This document shows positions 19,314 through 30,358 of a DNA stretch of 64,000 nt, piece after piece. The DNA comes from Sedimentisphaerales bacterium (GTDB lineage: Bacteria; Planctomycetota; Phycisphaerae; Sedimentisphaerales; SM23-30): the NCBI GenBank assembly GCA_963666285.1, contig OY762711.1. The stretch is one strand, 5' to 3'. The notes under the pieces were generated by a model that made no database searches, was not told the DNA's origin, and saw only the letters and a list, made by a program, of their open reading frames with translations. Position 1 is the first letter of the stretch. The number at the start of each line of letters is the position of its first letter. Made by a program: the position numbers and the translations under genes.

Positions 19314-19570
19314 TATAATCCTTTTCCAGTTAAGTTTGTGTACTTAAACAGCTACATGATATAAACTCTTGATTAGGTTTAGGAGTATATTCTTTTTTTT
19401 ACACCTCCGCATATAAGTAACAGCATAACTACCATTATTTATACGATCAGTATTTTGACGAAATTGAAGAATTGCTGTTTATTGCTATTTTAACTGATTC
19501 TGAGTATTTTCTGTCCGGGTTCAACCCGTAAAAGGAACCTCATAAGAAAATGAAATATTTTCAGTAGCGA

Positions 19571-20377
19571 TTACGCTTTTTTGTTTTTTTGGAAAGCGGT
19601 TGAGATACCGAAGAAGATAAGTACAATGCCGCCGATTTTCAGGTATCTAGAGAAATTGCTTCTAGTTGGAACTTCGTCGGCGACCATAGTGCTGTTATCA
19701 CGGAATGTATCAGCGGCCGCTGAGCTGCTGACCTCGTCAGAGACAGCGGTCAGTTCAAGATTGTCGTCAATCATCTGGATCAAATCGTCTAAACTTTCCC
19801 TGCTGTCAGTTGTAAGGTTGGCGACGATCAGATAGTCATTGTGTATTTTTGCCAGCTGAGCGGCGTAGATATCGATACCCTGCAGGCTGTATTCGATATC
19901 AATTAAGTAAAAATCTTCGTTCCCCAGTTTTTTTGGGGTGATACTGCCGGTTTTTGAATCGAAAAGCTGTTTTATGCCCTGGGTGGCCAGCCTTAAATAA
20001 TCGGCCCCGGAACTGATTTCGCTCTCAAGTGTCCTGGCGTTGAGTACCATAAAGAGAATATTCTTATTTACGGAGTCAGATTGGCTATTTAAAGGGCGTT
20101 CAGAAATAACCAGTATAACTTTGCCGGGCATCTGGTCCATAATTGAATCAAAGGACGGATCGTCAATATCCATGATTTTATCGGCGTTATCGAAAACATC
20201 CACAATTTCAGTATCTGCGGCAACATACCATTGCTCGGGAACTGAGAATTTTATTCCGACAAATTCATTTTTGTAAACGTTGCTATTGGAATCATCAACG
20301 GCGAAAATCGGATTATTGACAACAAAGAAAGAAATAGTAAATAGAAAAAATGCCCGTTTCATAACCATACTCCTCAA
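19571..20377 (-). CDS. Hypothetical exported protein with C-terminal membrane anchor
   Basis: Signal-peptide-like N-terminus (probable start MKRAFF with GAGGAG upstream), Y.N...GI.FSVPEQW start of a PsbP-like fold, C-terminal TM plus basic tail. Confidence 0.65.
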   Translation of the reverse strand: MRSMVMKRAFFLFTISFFVVNNPIFAVDDSNSNVYKNEFVGIKFSVPEQWYVAADTEIVDVFDNADKIMDIDDPSFDSIMDQMPGKVILVISERPLNSQSDSVNKNILFMVLNARTLESEISSGADYLRLATQGIKQLFDSKTGSITPKKLGNEDFYLIDIEYSLQGIDIYAAQLAKIHNDYLIVANLTTDSRESLDDLIQMIDDNLELTAVSDEVSSSAAADTFRDNSTMVADEVPTRSNFSRYLKIGGIVLIFFGISTAFQKNKKA

Positions 20378-20656
20378 TTAAAGTTAGAATTAAAAAACCA
20401 TATTCAAACTGATTACAAACAGTTTGAAAGAGTAAAGAATGCGACACTATTATAAATATTACGAACTAAAATACTTATAACATAAATTTTAGATTTAGTA
20501 AATAAATTAATTCAGGACGGACAAGTGGGCAACCTAATTAAGGTATTAGGTGCCAGTTCATAAAATTTCAATCCTACAATTCAGCATTTGCTGAGTGTGC
20601 GTATTGGCGTCAGCAACGGTTTATGATGAGCAGGCAGATTTTTAGCTGTGGTGCTA

Positions 20657-22522
20657 TTATTCCGGTACTTTGGTGAGTCTGAGCAGATGCGAATCGTGGG
20701 CCTTGACGTTTGATTCGAATTTGTGAGAAAATGTGCCCAGGTCGGCCTTGTCCCACAGGCTGCGAATTTTGTATTTACCGGAAATGCCGAGCTCGCTAAA
20801 GTGGAAAATAATCGGTGATGAAAACTCAGGATGAGTTGGCGGAATGGTCGTATAGATAAAACACTGGATAGAAGCGCCTTCTGTTTGGGCCTGGTTGGCA
20901 CCGCCGTCGTCAAGAGCAGCCGAACCGCTGAGAGACTGGTATTTTCCCTGGGGCAGGTCATATTCGATAATGGATATCGAGTGGGTACCTATTCCGTTTT
21001 CGTATTTGGTGCCGTTGACGAGCAGATCATTGCCGGAAATGCTTTTGTTAATGCCTATGTCGCCCCAGCCTGTGGAGGCTTTGTGCCAGGTAAGGTCTGT
21101 CAGATTGGCAGTGTTGCCCTGAGAATCGGTAAGTTTCATATCCAGCCAGTCGGCATGGTCGCAGGCAAAGCCGTCGAGGGCATCTTCGACGATAAGATAA
21201 AGTTTGCCGGAGCCGTTAAGATTGACATTAAACGGAATGATTTTGCTATCAGATTTGCGAGTAATAACAGGCCCTACCCATGCGGCAGCGGGAGTATCAT
21301 AAATAGATTTATCCTGGGCGTTGATCAAAGCCACGAAAATGTCTTCGCTGTTGCGGTCGTTGGCGGACCAGACGATGAGGTCGTCGTTACGTGACAGTTG
21401 TTTGCCATTTTTGCTATGCTGGTTGACGTATATTATTTCCTCATTGGTGAGAAGTGAAAGAGTGTACTGGTCGTTATTGGGCATATGGCCGCCCATCATA
21501 TACGGAGACCGGGCAATGGCCCATGTAGTCATCATGGTTTTCTGCTCGGTGGTAGTGAATCTAGTCCAGCCTTCTTTGCTTCGTGCCCGGATATTGCCAA
21601 GAGGAAGCATGTCGGCATCCGGATAATGGCCGTCATCGCAAAATTTGGACCAGTTATCGAGTCTTTCAAACTGATCTTTGAGCAGCCGCCACTGATCCCA
21701 GAAATCATCGCTGATACGCCAGAGATTAGCATGGGTTGAGACATGCGGTCCGGCAGTAAGCGGAGTAGCGCCGGGTGAGGTGCTGAATACCATAGGGCGT
21801 CCGCAGTTGTCAATGGCGTTGCGAATAGCAGTAACCTCGGATTGATGATATGGTCTGCTGAGGTCGTCAATTTTGACATAGTCAACATCCCAGGATGCCA
21901 TTAATTCAAAAATAGAATTGTAATATTCCTGGGCACCGGGCTTAGTCATATCAACGCCGTACATATCCGGGTTCCAAGGGCAGGTACTGGAGGTATCGGC
22001 AATGTCGCGGGCGGTAAAATCAGTGCCCTTGATTTTTGTGTTGCGTTCGTATGCCAGCTTGGGAATTCCGCGCATCATATGTACGCCGAATTTAAGCCCT
22101 AGAGAATGGACATAATCAGATAGCGGTTTGAAGCCTTTGCCGTCGATTGATGATGGATGCTTGTTGGCAACAGGCCATACCCTGCCGAATTCATCGATGT
22201 TGGTGTCGAGTTTAGGTGGATATGAGTAAGGGTCCCTGCTGTTCAGATCAGATTTTGGTTCGTACCACTGTATATCGACGATAATATATTCCCAACCGTA
22301 CTGCTTGAGATTTTGGGCCATATAGTCAGCGTTTGCTTTGACTTCATCTTCTGTGACACTACATCCGAAACAATCCCAGCTATTCCAGCCCATGGGCGGT
22401 GTTGGGGCAAACTGCCAGTAATTGGTGTTTTGAGAGAAAGCAACAGAAGATGAGATGAATATAGCGGCAAAAAGTAAAAATAAGGTTTTATAACCCGTGT
22501 TATTATTAGAAGATATATGCAT
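20657..22522 (-). CDS. GH27 alpha-galactosidase-like glycoside hydrolase with an NPCBM/NEW2 module
   Basis: TPPMGWNSWD, YIIVDIQW, WDVDYVKIDD, LWRISDDFWD and PDADMLPLG motifs; NPCBM-like DHADW and GIGTHS..IEYDL. Confidence 0.9.
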   Translation of the reverse strand: MHISSNNNTGYKTLFLLFAAIFISSSVAFSQNTNYWQFAPTPPMGWNSWDCFGCSVTEDEVKANADYMAQNLKQYGWEYIIVDIQWYEPKSDLNSRDPYSYPPKLDTNIDEFGRVWPVANKHPSSIDGKGFKPLSDYVHSLGLKFGVHMMRGIPKLAYERNTKIKGTDFTARDIADTSSTCPWNPDMYGVDMTKPGAQEYYNSIFELMASWDVDYVKIDDLSRPYHQSEVTAIRNAIDNCGRPMVFSTSPGATPLTAGPHVSTHANLWRISDDFWDQWRLLKDQFERLDNWSKFCDDGHYPDADMLPLGNIRARSKEGWTRFTTTEQKTMMTTWAIARSPYMMGGHMPNNDQYTLSLLTNEEIIYVNQHSKNGKQLSRNDDLIVWSANDRNSEDIFVALINAQDKSIYDTPAAAWVGPVITRKSDSKIIPFNVNLNGSGKLYLIVEDALDGFACDHADWLDMKLTDSQGNTANLTDLTWHKASTGWGDIGINKSISGNDLLVNGTKYENGIGTHSISIIEYDLPQGKYQSLSGSAALDDGGANQAQTEGASIQCFIYTTIPPTHPEFSSPIIFHFSELGISGKYKIRSLWDKADLGTFSHKFESNVKAHDSHLLRLTKVPE

Positions 22523-22649
22523 TAGTACTCCAATTTAGCAATATGCTAAGTTCAATCAAAACAACTATCGCAAAACTATCATTTTTAAGCTTAGAATACT
22601 ATAAAATGATATATTGAATTAATCAAGCCGCAAATAGACTTTACGTAAT

Positions 22650-24224
22650 TCATTTTTGTAAATTTACAGCGTCAATCTGATCGGAAATTCGATAAAAATC
22701 AAAGTCAACATAGCCGCCGGGAGTTTTGGAGGCATAATTGAACAGCCCGAAACGATATCCCATAAAATGTGGTAAAGTGTATTCCATTTGCAGCATAGGG
22801 CCGATTGGAGACCAATTTGAGCCATCGAGGCTATAATAAAAATATGCTTTGTCGGTACGGTCAGTGAAATCGCAATCGATTCTTAGATGTATATTGTTGG
22901 TATTTAACGGTATGGTATGGATTTGCTGATTGCGGTCTGACTGAGAATTTGCCATGGTAATGAATAAATCAGGGCCGTCCTTTTTTACTCCTACATATCC
23001 GTATTTTTTCTGGAGAGCGATCAGCCCGGCACAATCTCCATCTTTCATGTTTGAAGCGTCAATTTTGATGGAAGCAGAACAAGTCGGGCCAAAAGTCCGC
23101 TGAGTAAGCATATTGCGGGCTTCGAGTACGTTATGGTCTACTCTGCCTGTTGTTATCCTGAGGAAACCGGGCCGCTGGGAAAGAGACCAGTTACTATTGA
23201 CCGGATTATGGTTCCATTGCCAAGCCAACGGCATAGATTCGCCTTCTTTTCGGCTGAATTCATCAGATGCGACAATGTTTGCCATGGAGCGATTGTTGCC
23301 CGGAATGTCGAGCTTGACCGGAACCTTTCCATCTATGCCGAGGATAGGCCAGCCATCTTCCCATTTTACCGGAACCAGAAACGGAATACGCCCTACCGCA
23401 CCATGATCCTGGAAAAGCATGGCATACCAATTGCCATCGGGTGTGTCGATTAGGCAGCCCTGGGCGATTCCCTGGTCGTGTAGAACGACTTTACCTTCGT
23501 AAGGGCCGGTGATATTATCGGCACGATGAATGATCTGGGTACGCATGTCATTCCTGGGCCAGGTAATATTCATAATGTAGTATTTACCGTTAACCTTTAA
23601 CATCTGTGAGCCTTCGGCGCGTAATCCTATGTTTGGCCCGGCGACAGCACTGGCATTTTTAATAATAATATCATTGAAGCCATGGGGTTTGATGCCTGAA
23701 AGATCTTTATTTAGCTCAACTAACCGTAGATCACCAGCACCGTAAACCATATATACGCGGCCATCATCATCGAAGAAAAGCGAATGATCGTGCAGTGATG
23801 GTGAAAATGAGGTTTCGTGCCACTGACACTTATCGATATCTTTGGTGGAAAATATATGAGTTTTGCCGCTTGTGCTGGAAAAAGTAGAGACGTAGTAAGT
23901 GCCGTTATGGAAACGGAGACTACTGGCCCAGGAACCGGCCCCATAGCAACTTTTGCCGTTTTCAAGGTTCATGAGGTCGTTATCTACTAATGTGTCGTAG
24001 GCGTAGCCAAGCATCTGCCAGCCGGCCAGGTCTTTTGAAGTCATAATCGGAAGGCCGGGATTCATGTGCATTGTAGTACTGCTCATATAATATGTATCGT
24101 TTACTCGAATAACGGCAACATCGGGTACATCGGCCCAGATAACAGGATTTGAAGCTGAAAAGGCATTTGAGCAGAAAGAAAAAATGGAATAGAACATTAA
24201 AATAAAAAGACGGTAATTTCTCAA
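22650..24224 (-). CDS. GH43 glycoside hydrolase (beta-xylosidase/arabinofuranosidase-like) with C-terminal beta-sandwich
   Basis: NPVIWADVPDVAVIRV, SWASSLR, HDHSLFFDDDG, AEGSQ, AQGCLIDTPDGNWY, WQWNHNP and GYVDFDFY. Confidence 0.92.
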   Translation of the reverse strand: MRNYRLFILMFYSIFSFCSNAFSASNPVIWADVPDVAVIRVNDTYYMSSTTMHMNPGLPIMTSKDLAGWQMLGYAYDTLVDNDLMNLENGKSCYGAGSWASSLRFHNGTYYVSTFSSTSGKTHIFSTKDIDKCQWHETSFSPSLHDHSLFFDDDGRVYMVYGAGDLRLVELNKDLSGIKPHGFNDIIIKNASAVAGPNIGLRAEGSQMLKVNGKYYIMNITWPRNDMRTQIIHRADNITGPYEGKVVLHDQGIAQGCLIDTPDGNWYAMLFQDHGAVGRIPFLVPVKWEDGWPILGIDGKVPVKLDIPGNNRSMANIVASDEFSRKEGESMPLAWQWNHNPVNSNWSLSQRPGFLRITTGRVDHNVLEARNMLTQRTFGPTCSASIKIDASNMKDGDCAGLIALQKKYGYVGVKKDGPDLFITMANSQSDRNQQIHTIPLNTNNIHLRIDCDFTDRTDKAYFYYSLDGSNWSPIGPMLQMEYTLPHFMGYRFGLFNYASKTPGGYVDFDFYRISDQIDAVNLQK

Positions 24225-24426
24225 AACAGAACTCCTAAAAAAAACACAATATCTTCCTAAAACACATACCCGTCACTCAAAGGCAAGAAACTTTGACTGG
24301 TAATGACAGGGATTCAATCAATTAAAATACTATATATCAGAACAAAATAGAACTGAAGCATAATCAATATTACATAGCAAATCAGCAGCAAGGAGCTAAA
24401 GTAAAGTATATTGCATTGAAAATCAA

Positions 24427-24637
24427 TTACAGTTGAAGTAATTCTTTTGCATAGTCAACATCATCCTGAAAAACAATAAGATCGAAACCGCCGGATGAAA
24501 AAGCGATTTCAGGTCTAAGCCCGCCGCAATCGTCCCCTTCAACAATTGCCCTGATATAGTTAGATTCAAGAAGTGATTTGGCCATTTCGGCATCAACTCG
24601 AGTAGCATACGATTGTATAGTGACAGTCTGGCTCATA
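24427..24637 (-). CDS. DUF2007-like putative signal-transducing protein
   Basis: AEMAKSLLESNYI.A.V...GG.L.V..DD...A.ELL pattern. Start MSQTV with GGAGG RBS (the ORF track starts at 24657). Confidence 0.7.
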
Positions 24638-24660
24638 ATGCCTCCCTTATAAAACAAAGA

Positions 24661-25311
24661 CTAATTGTCGTCTAAGACTTCTATATCCTTCATATGGGCA
24701 ATGTCGCCCCAGGTGTCAAGAACCCAACGATTATTATCAACTGTAAACCTTGAAATACAAGCATTAAAAAGCGAAAAACATCGCGGATTGGAAAGGTCCA
24801 TGCCGACAGCATGGTGGAAGAAGCTGCTAAGCACTCCGCCATGGGCGACAATTAAAATAGTCTGGCCTGGATGATTGGCACAAATGTCATTTGCAGCAGA
24901 AACGCACCTTTCAGACCGCTGAATAAGACTTTCACCGTCAGGGATAGGCCAAGCAGGATCAAAAGTAAGATATTTTTTGAGACGATCGGGAGCTATTTCA
25001 CCATACATTTCATGGGTGAGGCCTTCCATTTCGCCCATATTGCGTTCTCGCAGTCGAGAATCGATATTAACCTTCACTTTAAGCCGATCAGCAATAATGT
25101 TGGCGGTATCAACCGCCCTTTTAAGATCACTAGAGTATATAAGCTCTACATGTCTACCGGCCATGCCTTCGGCGACTGCCCGGGCTTGAGCGAGACCTAA
25201 ATCAGTAAGGGGGCTGTCGTGCCAGCCCTGCATTTTACCGGCCCTGTTCCATTCGGTTTCACCATGTCTTACGGCATACATAATAGTCGGCGAAGTACCA
25301 CCCATATTCAT
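24661..25311 (-). CDS. Histidine phosphatase (phosphoglycerate mutase-like) family protein
   Basis: RHGET, SSDLKRA, LRERNMG, GES and VAHGG motifs. Confidence 0.93.
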   Translation of the reverse strand: MNMGGTSPTIMYAVRHGETEWNRAGKMQGWHDSPLTDLGLAQARAVAEGMAGRHVELIYSSDLKRAVDTANIIADRLKVKVNIDSRLRERNMGEMEGLTHEMYGEIAPDRLKKYLTFDPAWPIPDGESLIQRSERCVSAANDICANHPGQTILIVAHGGVLSSFFHHAVGMDLSNPRCFSLFNACISRFTVDNNRWVLDTWGDIAHMKDIEVLDDN

Positions 25312-25543
25312 ATCTCTCTTTCATTAAATGGTTTATGGAATTATCAAAAAGATATTATATATAATTATCAGCTTTAAGCAACGATCAAAATTGTGTAAAT
25401 TTGAAACAATGTTAAAGATATTATCAGAGAAGGAATTTTGTAATCTTGACATATTTTATCAAAAGCCTATAATTATCCTATTTGTGTTCTCTAAGTTGAA
25501 TTATGATGGACACTTATACATGATTTATTAAGAGCAGGAGCAT

Positions 25544-26587
25544 ATGACAACCATACAAAAAACTGTAGCAGAACTGGCAGAACACGTCGGCGGCACAATA
25601 GAAGGTGACGAAAATGCCATAATAACCGGAGCTTCAACTCTTTCGGAAGCAGGCGGAAGTGATGTCAGCTTTTTAGCAAATTCTAAATATGAGAAAGAAT
25701 TTGAAACATCAAAAGCCGGCGTAATTGTAGTAGATATGGAAATACCAAACAACGGAAAGAACGTAATCCGGTGTAAAGATCCATATTACGCATTTATGCA
25801 AATGGTAGTATTGCTGCATGGTCATCGGGAGCATAAAGAGACAGGAATAAGCGAAAAAGCCAGTGTATCGAAAACCGCGAAAATCGGAGAGAATGTCGAT
25901 ATCCAGGATTTTGTTTATGTATCAGAAGATGTCGAAATAGGTGACGGAACAAATATTTACCCTAATTGTACGATCGGACCTGGAAGTAAAATCGGCAAAG
26001 AGTGTATCATTTATCCAAATGTGACTATATATGATGGATGTGTTATAGGTGACCGAGTAACAATTCATGCCGGAACAGTCATAGGCCAGGATGGATTTGG
26101 CTATGCAACTCATGACGGCGTTCATCATAAAATACCTCAGATTGGCGGAGTGGTTATTGAAGATGACGTAGAACTTGGTGCGGGCTGTACAATAGATCGC
26201 GGCACATTGGGTGACACGGTAATTGGTGAAGGAACAAAAACCAGTAACCTGATAGCGATCGGACATAACACAAAGGTAGGAAAGCGTTGTCTGCTGGTTG
26301 CACAAGTAGGCATTGCAGGCAGTGTCGAAGTAGGCAACTATTGCGTATTTGGCGGCCAGGTTGGTGTAGTAGGTCATATAAAGATAGGTGATAATGTTCA
26401 GATTGGCGCCCAAGCCGGGGTAACGCATGACCTGGAAGGAAATCAGGCCGTGGTCGGCTCACCAGCAATACCGATGAGTCAGGCACGTCGAAGTTATGCA
26501 TTACTGAAAGATCTGCCGGAATTTCGTAAGAAGCTTCGCGCAATAGATAAGCAGATAAGCAAGATGGTTTCTGATGAAGATGAATAA
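25544..26587 (+). CDS. lpxD: UDP-3-O-(3-hydroxyacyl)glucosamine N-acyltransferase
   Basis: Hexapeptide repeats, [35 protein letters not shown]. Confidence 0.96.
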   Translation: MTTIQKTVAELAEHVGGTIEGDENAIITGASTLSEAGGSDVSFLANSKYEKEFETSKAGVIVVDMEIPNNGKNVIRCKDPYYAFMQMVVLLHGHREHKETGISEKASVSKTAKIGENVDIQDFVYVSEDVEIGDGTNIYPNCTIGPGSKIGKECIIYPNVTIYDGCVIGDRVTIHAGTVIGQDGFGYATHDGVHHKIPQIGGVVIEDDVELGAGCTIDRGTLGDTVIGEGTKTSNLIAIGHNTKVGKRCLLVAQVGIAGSVEVGNYCVFGGQVGVVGHIKIGDNVQIGAQAGVTHDLEGNQAVVGSPAIPMSQARRSYALLKDLPEFRKKLRAIDKQISKMVSDEDE

Positions 26588-26623
26588 TAAAATCATCATC
26601 GTTCCTATCCAATATATTCAGAT

Positions 26624-27466
26624 ATGGAAAAAGAAATAATAGGATTAATTGCAGGTCAAGGAAGACTACCATTTATGGTCGCACAAGGAGCCAAGCGTGC
26701 AGGTTTGAAGGTTGCGTGTGTTGGCTTTCGCGATCAGGCAGACCCCCTGCTAGCAGACGAAGTTGATACATTCAAATGGGTTTCGGTAGCGAGACCGGGT
26801 GGCTGGATCCGCGAGCTTCGCCGCCAGGGTGTAAGTGACACAATAATGGTTGGCCGGGTGGCAAAGACAAATATCTATACCCCATTTCGCATAATTCAAT
26901 ACCTGCCAGACTGGCGAGCATTTCGTGTCTGGTATGGCCGCCTCGGAAAAAAAGATAAACGAAACGATACATTGTTATGTGCATTGGCCGATGAGCTGGC
27001 CGGAGGAGGTGTTGTACTGGTGGATTCGACAAAATACATAGAAGAAAATATGGCCAAAGAAGGCGTATTAACAAAATGCAAGCCATCCGAGACAATAGCC
27101 GGTGATATCGATTTTGGCTGGACTATAGTAAAACGAATGGGCGACCTTGATATAGGCCAGGCAATAGCAGTTAAAGAACAGGAAGTTATTGCTGTCGAAG
27201 CCATTGAAGGTACTAATAAGATGATAAAGCGTGCCGGCGAATTATGCAGAGCCGGCGGCTGGACCTTGATAAAAACGGGCAAACCCAGTCAAGACATGCG
27301 ATTTGACGTACCAACAGTAGGCCCGGACACAATCGAGAAATTGCGAGACAGCGGCGCAAAATGCCTGGCAATAGAAGCAGGTAAAACAATAATAGTCGAC
27401 TTAGAACAAACCATGGCTCTGGCTGATAAGAATAAGATTTGCGTGGTAGGAGTCGGTGATAAATAG
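26624..27466 (+). CDS. lpxI: UDP-2,3-diacylglucosamine diphosphatase LpxI
   Basis: IGLIAGQGRLP, LDIGQA, VEAIEGT and QDMRFDVPTVG motifs. Confidence 0.93.
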   Translation: MEKEIIGLIAGQGRLPFMVAQGAKRAGLKVACVGFRDQADPLLADEVDTFKWVSVARPGGWIRELRRQGVSDTIMVGRVAKTNIYTPFRIIQYLPDWRAFRVWYGRLGKKDKRNDTLLCALADELAGGGVVLVDSTKYIEENMAKEGVLTKCKPSETIAGDIDFGWTIVKRMGDLDIGQAIAVKEQEVIAVEAIEGTNKMIKRAGELCRAGGWTLIKTGKPSQDMRFDVPTVGPDTIEKLRDSGAKCLAIEAGKTIIVDLEQTMALADKNKICVVGVGDK

Positions 27467-27494
27467 CTCTTTTTGGTTTACTTCTTAACATTTC

Positions 27495-28784
27495 ATGAAA
27501 ATTAATATCCATAATCAATTATCAGGATGCCAAAGCTATTCTTGCATTAATTGCGGTCATGGCTGTAAAAGTTTTATGGTACCGGTTTCTATTGATGAGC
27601 AACGAAGCATTATGGATTTAGAAGACTGGTTTTCAACCTTGAATACCGATACACTCTTTGTTGACATTTCAGCTCCCGGTTTCACTGACGGAGCATTAGC
27701 CAAAAGGACGGATAAAAGCTGTGTATTCCTGGATGTTGAAGACAATTTATGCATGATCCATAAGAAATACGGCTTTCAGGCCAAGCCAAAAGCGTGCCAG
27801 TTGTTCCCATTTGTAATAACTCCCTTTGACGGAGAAATCAGAATTGCTCTCAGGTTTGACTGCAGCGGAGTGTGCAAAAATTCTGCAGGCAGGCTTGATG
27901 ATAATATTAAAGATATCAAAAGACTGGCACAATCAATCTATTCCCCTGCTGCATTAGAGAAGATACAAAAAACATCGATTCCGCCGATCTATGGAAACAT
28001 GATAATAGAATCAGATAAGTTTAACCATATTAATGATTCAATATTGGCTAAGATCGTAACAAGACAATTACCTATTAATAAATTGGTGTTGTGGCTGGTG
28101 AGTTTTGCAGAACACATAAGTAAAGTTAACTGGAAAAATGTCGAAACAAATGATTTTAACGGTTTACTTAGTCTCCTTGCTGACGGCACCTTCAAAGAAG
28201 CAGAAAATCAAAATATAGAGACAGGATCGGTAACAGCCAAAGCCAGGGCAATGTTCGGTCAAATACTGTATATTTTATGCCGAGGGCCAGAAATTATAAC
28301 AGAAGACAAGATAGGTTATATAAAAAGACTCAAAAACCGATTATCAGATGCTGCTGCATTAAAACAATTCGGGAATAATAGAGGGCCAGTACCAAAACTA
28401 TGGGATAATTGGGAAAAACTGGATTTTTCCGAGATGGAGAAGAGTTATGGAAAAATGCCAGAAGAGGCGACAGATTTGCTTTATCGGTATTTAATAAATC
28501 GAATAGCCGGATTGAATTACTGTGGGCCAAACTATTATAATTACAGCATGGTCAACGGAATTTACAGTCTGGCTTACGCAATATCAGCTATAGGCTGGCT
28601 AGCCAGGGCAAATGCCGCAATTAATAATAGAACTGAGTATCAATATGATGATTTTGCCAAGGCAGTAATGGTTGTGGATAGTAATAACGGGTATGGATCA
28701 GCTCTGAATGCCGGTGGTGCCGGTTTACGATTAAAATACCTGCATAACCACTGCAACAGCATAATTAGACAATATATAGATTAG
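27495..28784 (+). CDS. YkgJ/FliB-like cysteine-cluster protein
   Basis: CINCGHGC, CVFLD..LCMIH..KPKACQLFPF and RFDCSGVC motifs, followed by a long helical C-terminal region. Confidence 0.75.
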   Translation: MKINIHNQLSGCQSYSCINCGHGCKSFMVPVSIDEQRSIMDLEDWFSTLNTDTLFVDISAPGFTDGALAKRTDKSCVFLDVEDNLCMIHKKYGFQAKPKACQLFPFVITPFDGEIRIALRFDCSGVCKNSAGRLDDNIKDIKRLAQSIYSPAALEKIQKTSIPPIYGNMIIESDKFNHINDSILAKIVTRQLPINKLVLWLVSFAEHISKVNWKNVETNDFNGLLSLLADGTFKEAENQNIETGSVTAKARAMFGQILYILCRGPEIITEDKIGYIKRLKNRLSDAAALKQFGNNRGPVPKLWDNWEKLDFSEMEKSYGKMPEEATDLLYRYLINRIAGLNYCGPNYYNYSMVNGIYSLAYAISAIGWLARANAAINNRTEYQYDDFAKAVMVVDSNNGYGSALNAGGAGLRLKYLHNHCNSIIRQYID

Positions 28785-29093
28785 TTTTGAATAATGCCAG
28801 AGATACGGCCTGAAAACAGTTATTAACGTAATCCCTTTCAGCAAAAGAGATTATATTATTCTTTATTTTGCGATAATGTTAAAATAGCATAGTTCAGGAT
28901 TTGGAGTTGCCAGATAATTATAAGGGTATTATAATTTTTATAATATAGCTGTCTTTCAGATAGTCTAAATATGTAAATTGAGTATGATACATTTAATTTG
29001 CATATAAGTTTAGCAACAAAAAAGAAATTAAAGCACACAAAGGACTGTGCTTTTTGGTGCTCAAAGCAACTATTTTAAACATGGAGGTAAATT

Positions 29094-30284
29094 ATGAGTC
29101 CCCAATCAAAATGCATTGGAATCTTAACCGCTGGTGGCGACTGTCCCGGTTTGAATGCTGCAATTCGTGCAATCGCCAAGCCAGCACTATCCATGGGAAT
29201 GACAGTGCTGGGAATCAATGACGGCTTTCGCGGACTGATCGAAAACAGATTTATCTCTTTGGATAATAAAGCAGTAAGCGGAATATTAACAGAAGGCGGG
29301 ACAATTCTTGGTACCAGTCGTACAAAAATCCATAAAGTAAGAGTTGGTGATAAAATAATTAATATGACCGACCTGGCAATGGAAAACATAGAAAAGAACC
29401 ATATCGACTGCCTGGTATGCCTGGGAGGAGGCGGAACCCAGAAAAATGCCCTACGATTAATGAAAAAAGGCGTAAATGTCGTAACATTACCTAAAACAAT
29501 AGATAACGATGTTTGGGGGACAGAAGTAACATTTGGTTATGATTCAGCGCTTCAGGTCGCAACAGATGCAATTGACAGGCTGCATACAACAGCAACCAGT
29601 CATCACAGAATCATAGTCTGTGAAATAATGGGGCATAAAGCCGGCTGGCTGGCATTGTCGGCAGGGATTGCCGGGGGAGCTGATGTAATCCTGATACCCG
29701 AGATCCCCTATGACCTTAATGTAATAACAAGCTACATTAAGAAACGTCGTAAAACAGGCAAGCGTTTTTCTATAATAGCTGTTGCAGAAGGTGCTATAAG
29801 TGTTGAAGAAGCCCAACAGCTAGAGGAAGAAAATAATGGTAAAAAGAAAGAATCGAACGGCAATAATACATTTGATTCACTCAAGGAAGCCGAAGAAGAA
29901 CTGGCGAATGCAGATGACAAGATAGTAGAAAAACGCATTGATGGTGAAACAATGACATATCATCTGGTGAGTGAACCAATTGCCAGCAAGGTGGCAAGAA
30001 ATCTACAAGAAATGACCGGAATAGAAGCCAGGGTAACTACCCTCGGTCATGTACAGCGAGGCGGATGTCCATCAGCGGCAGACAGGCAATTATGTACTTT
30101 ACTGGGTACAAGTGCGATAGACCATATATCCAGGCAGGAATATAATGTTATGATTGGCTGGAAACACAATACATGTAAAGCATTTGACCTTGAAGATATA
30201 GCCGGAAATCGTAAAACAGTTCCACTAAATCACTCATTGGTGAAAGCTGCACGAATGGTTGAATCATGCCTGGGAGATCTGTAA
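29094..30284 (+). CDS. pfkA: 6-phosphofructokinase (PfkA family)
   Basis: GILTAGGDCPGLNA, GGTILGTSR, PKTIDND, EIMGHKAGW and LGHVQRGG. Confidence 0.93.
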   Translation: MSPQSKCIGILTAGGDCPGLNAAIRAIAKPALSMGMTVLGINDGFRGLIENRFISLDNKAVSGILTEGGTILGTSRTKIHKVRVGDKIINMTDLAMENIEKNHIDCLVCLGGGGTQKNALRLMKKGVNVVTLPKTIDNDVWGTEVTFGYDSALQVATDAIDRLHTTATSHHRIIVCEIMGHKAGWLALSAGIAGGADVILIPEIPYDLNVITSYIKKRRKTGKRFSIIAVAEGAISVEEAQQLEEENNGKKKESNGNNTFDSLKEAEEELANADDKIVEKRIDGETMTYHLVSEPIASKVARNLQEMTGIEARVTTLGHVQRGGCPSAADRQLCTLLGTSAIDHISRQEYNVMIGWKHNTCKAFDLEDIAGNRKTVPLNHSLVKAARMVESCLGDL

Positions 30285-30358
30285 AAAGTTTAGAACCTAA
30301 CGCAAATTATAAAGGCAGCAAAATAGATACACGCAACATATAATAATAAAACTATCAA

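Noticed and set aside
19516..19528. CGGGTTCAACCCG as a possible attR relic of tRNA-Glu
   Set aside because: Only GGGTTC matches the T-arm, which is too short to define the island boundary.
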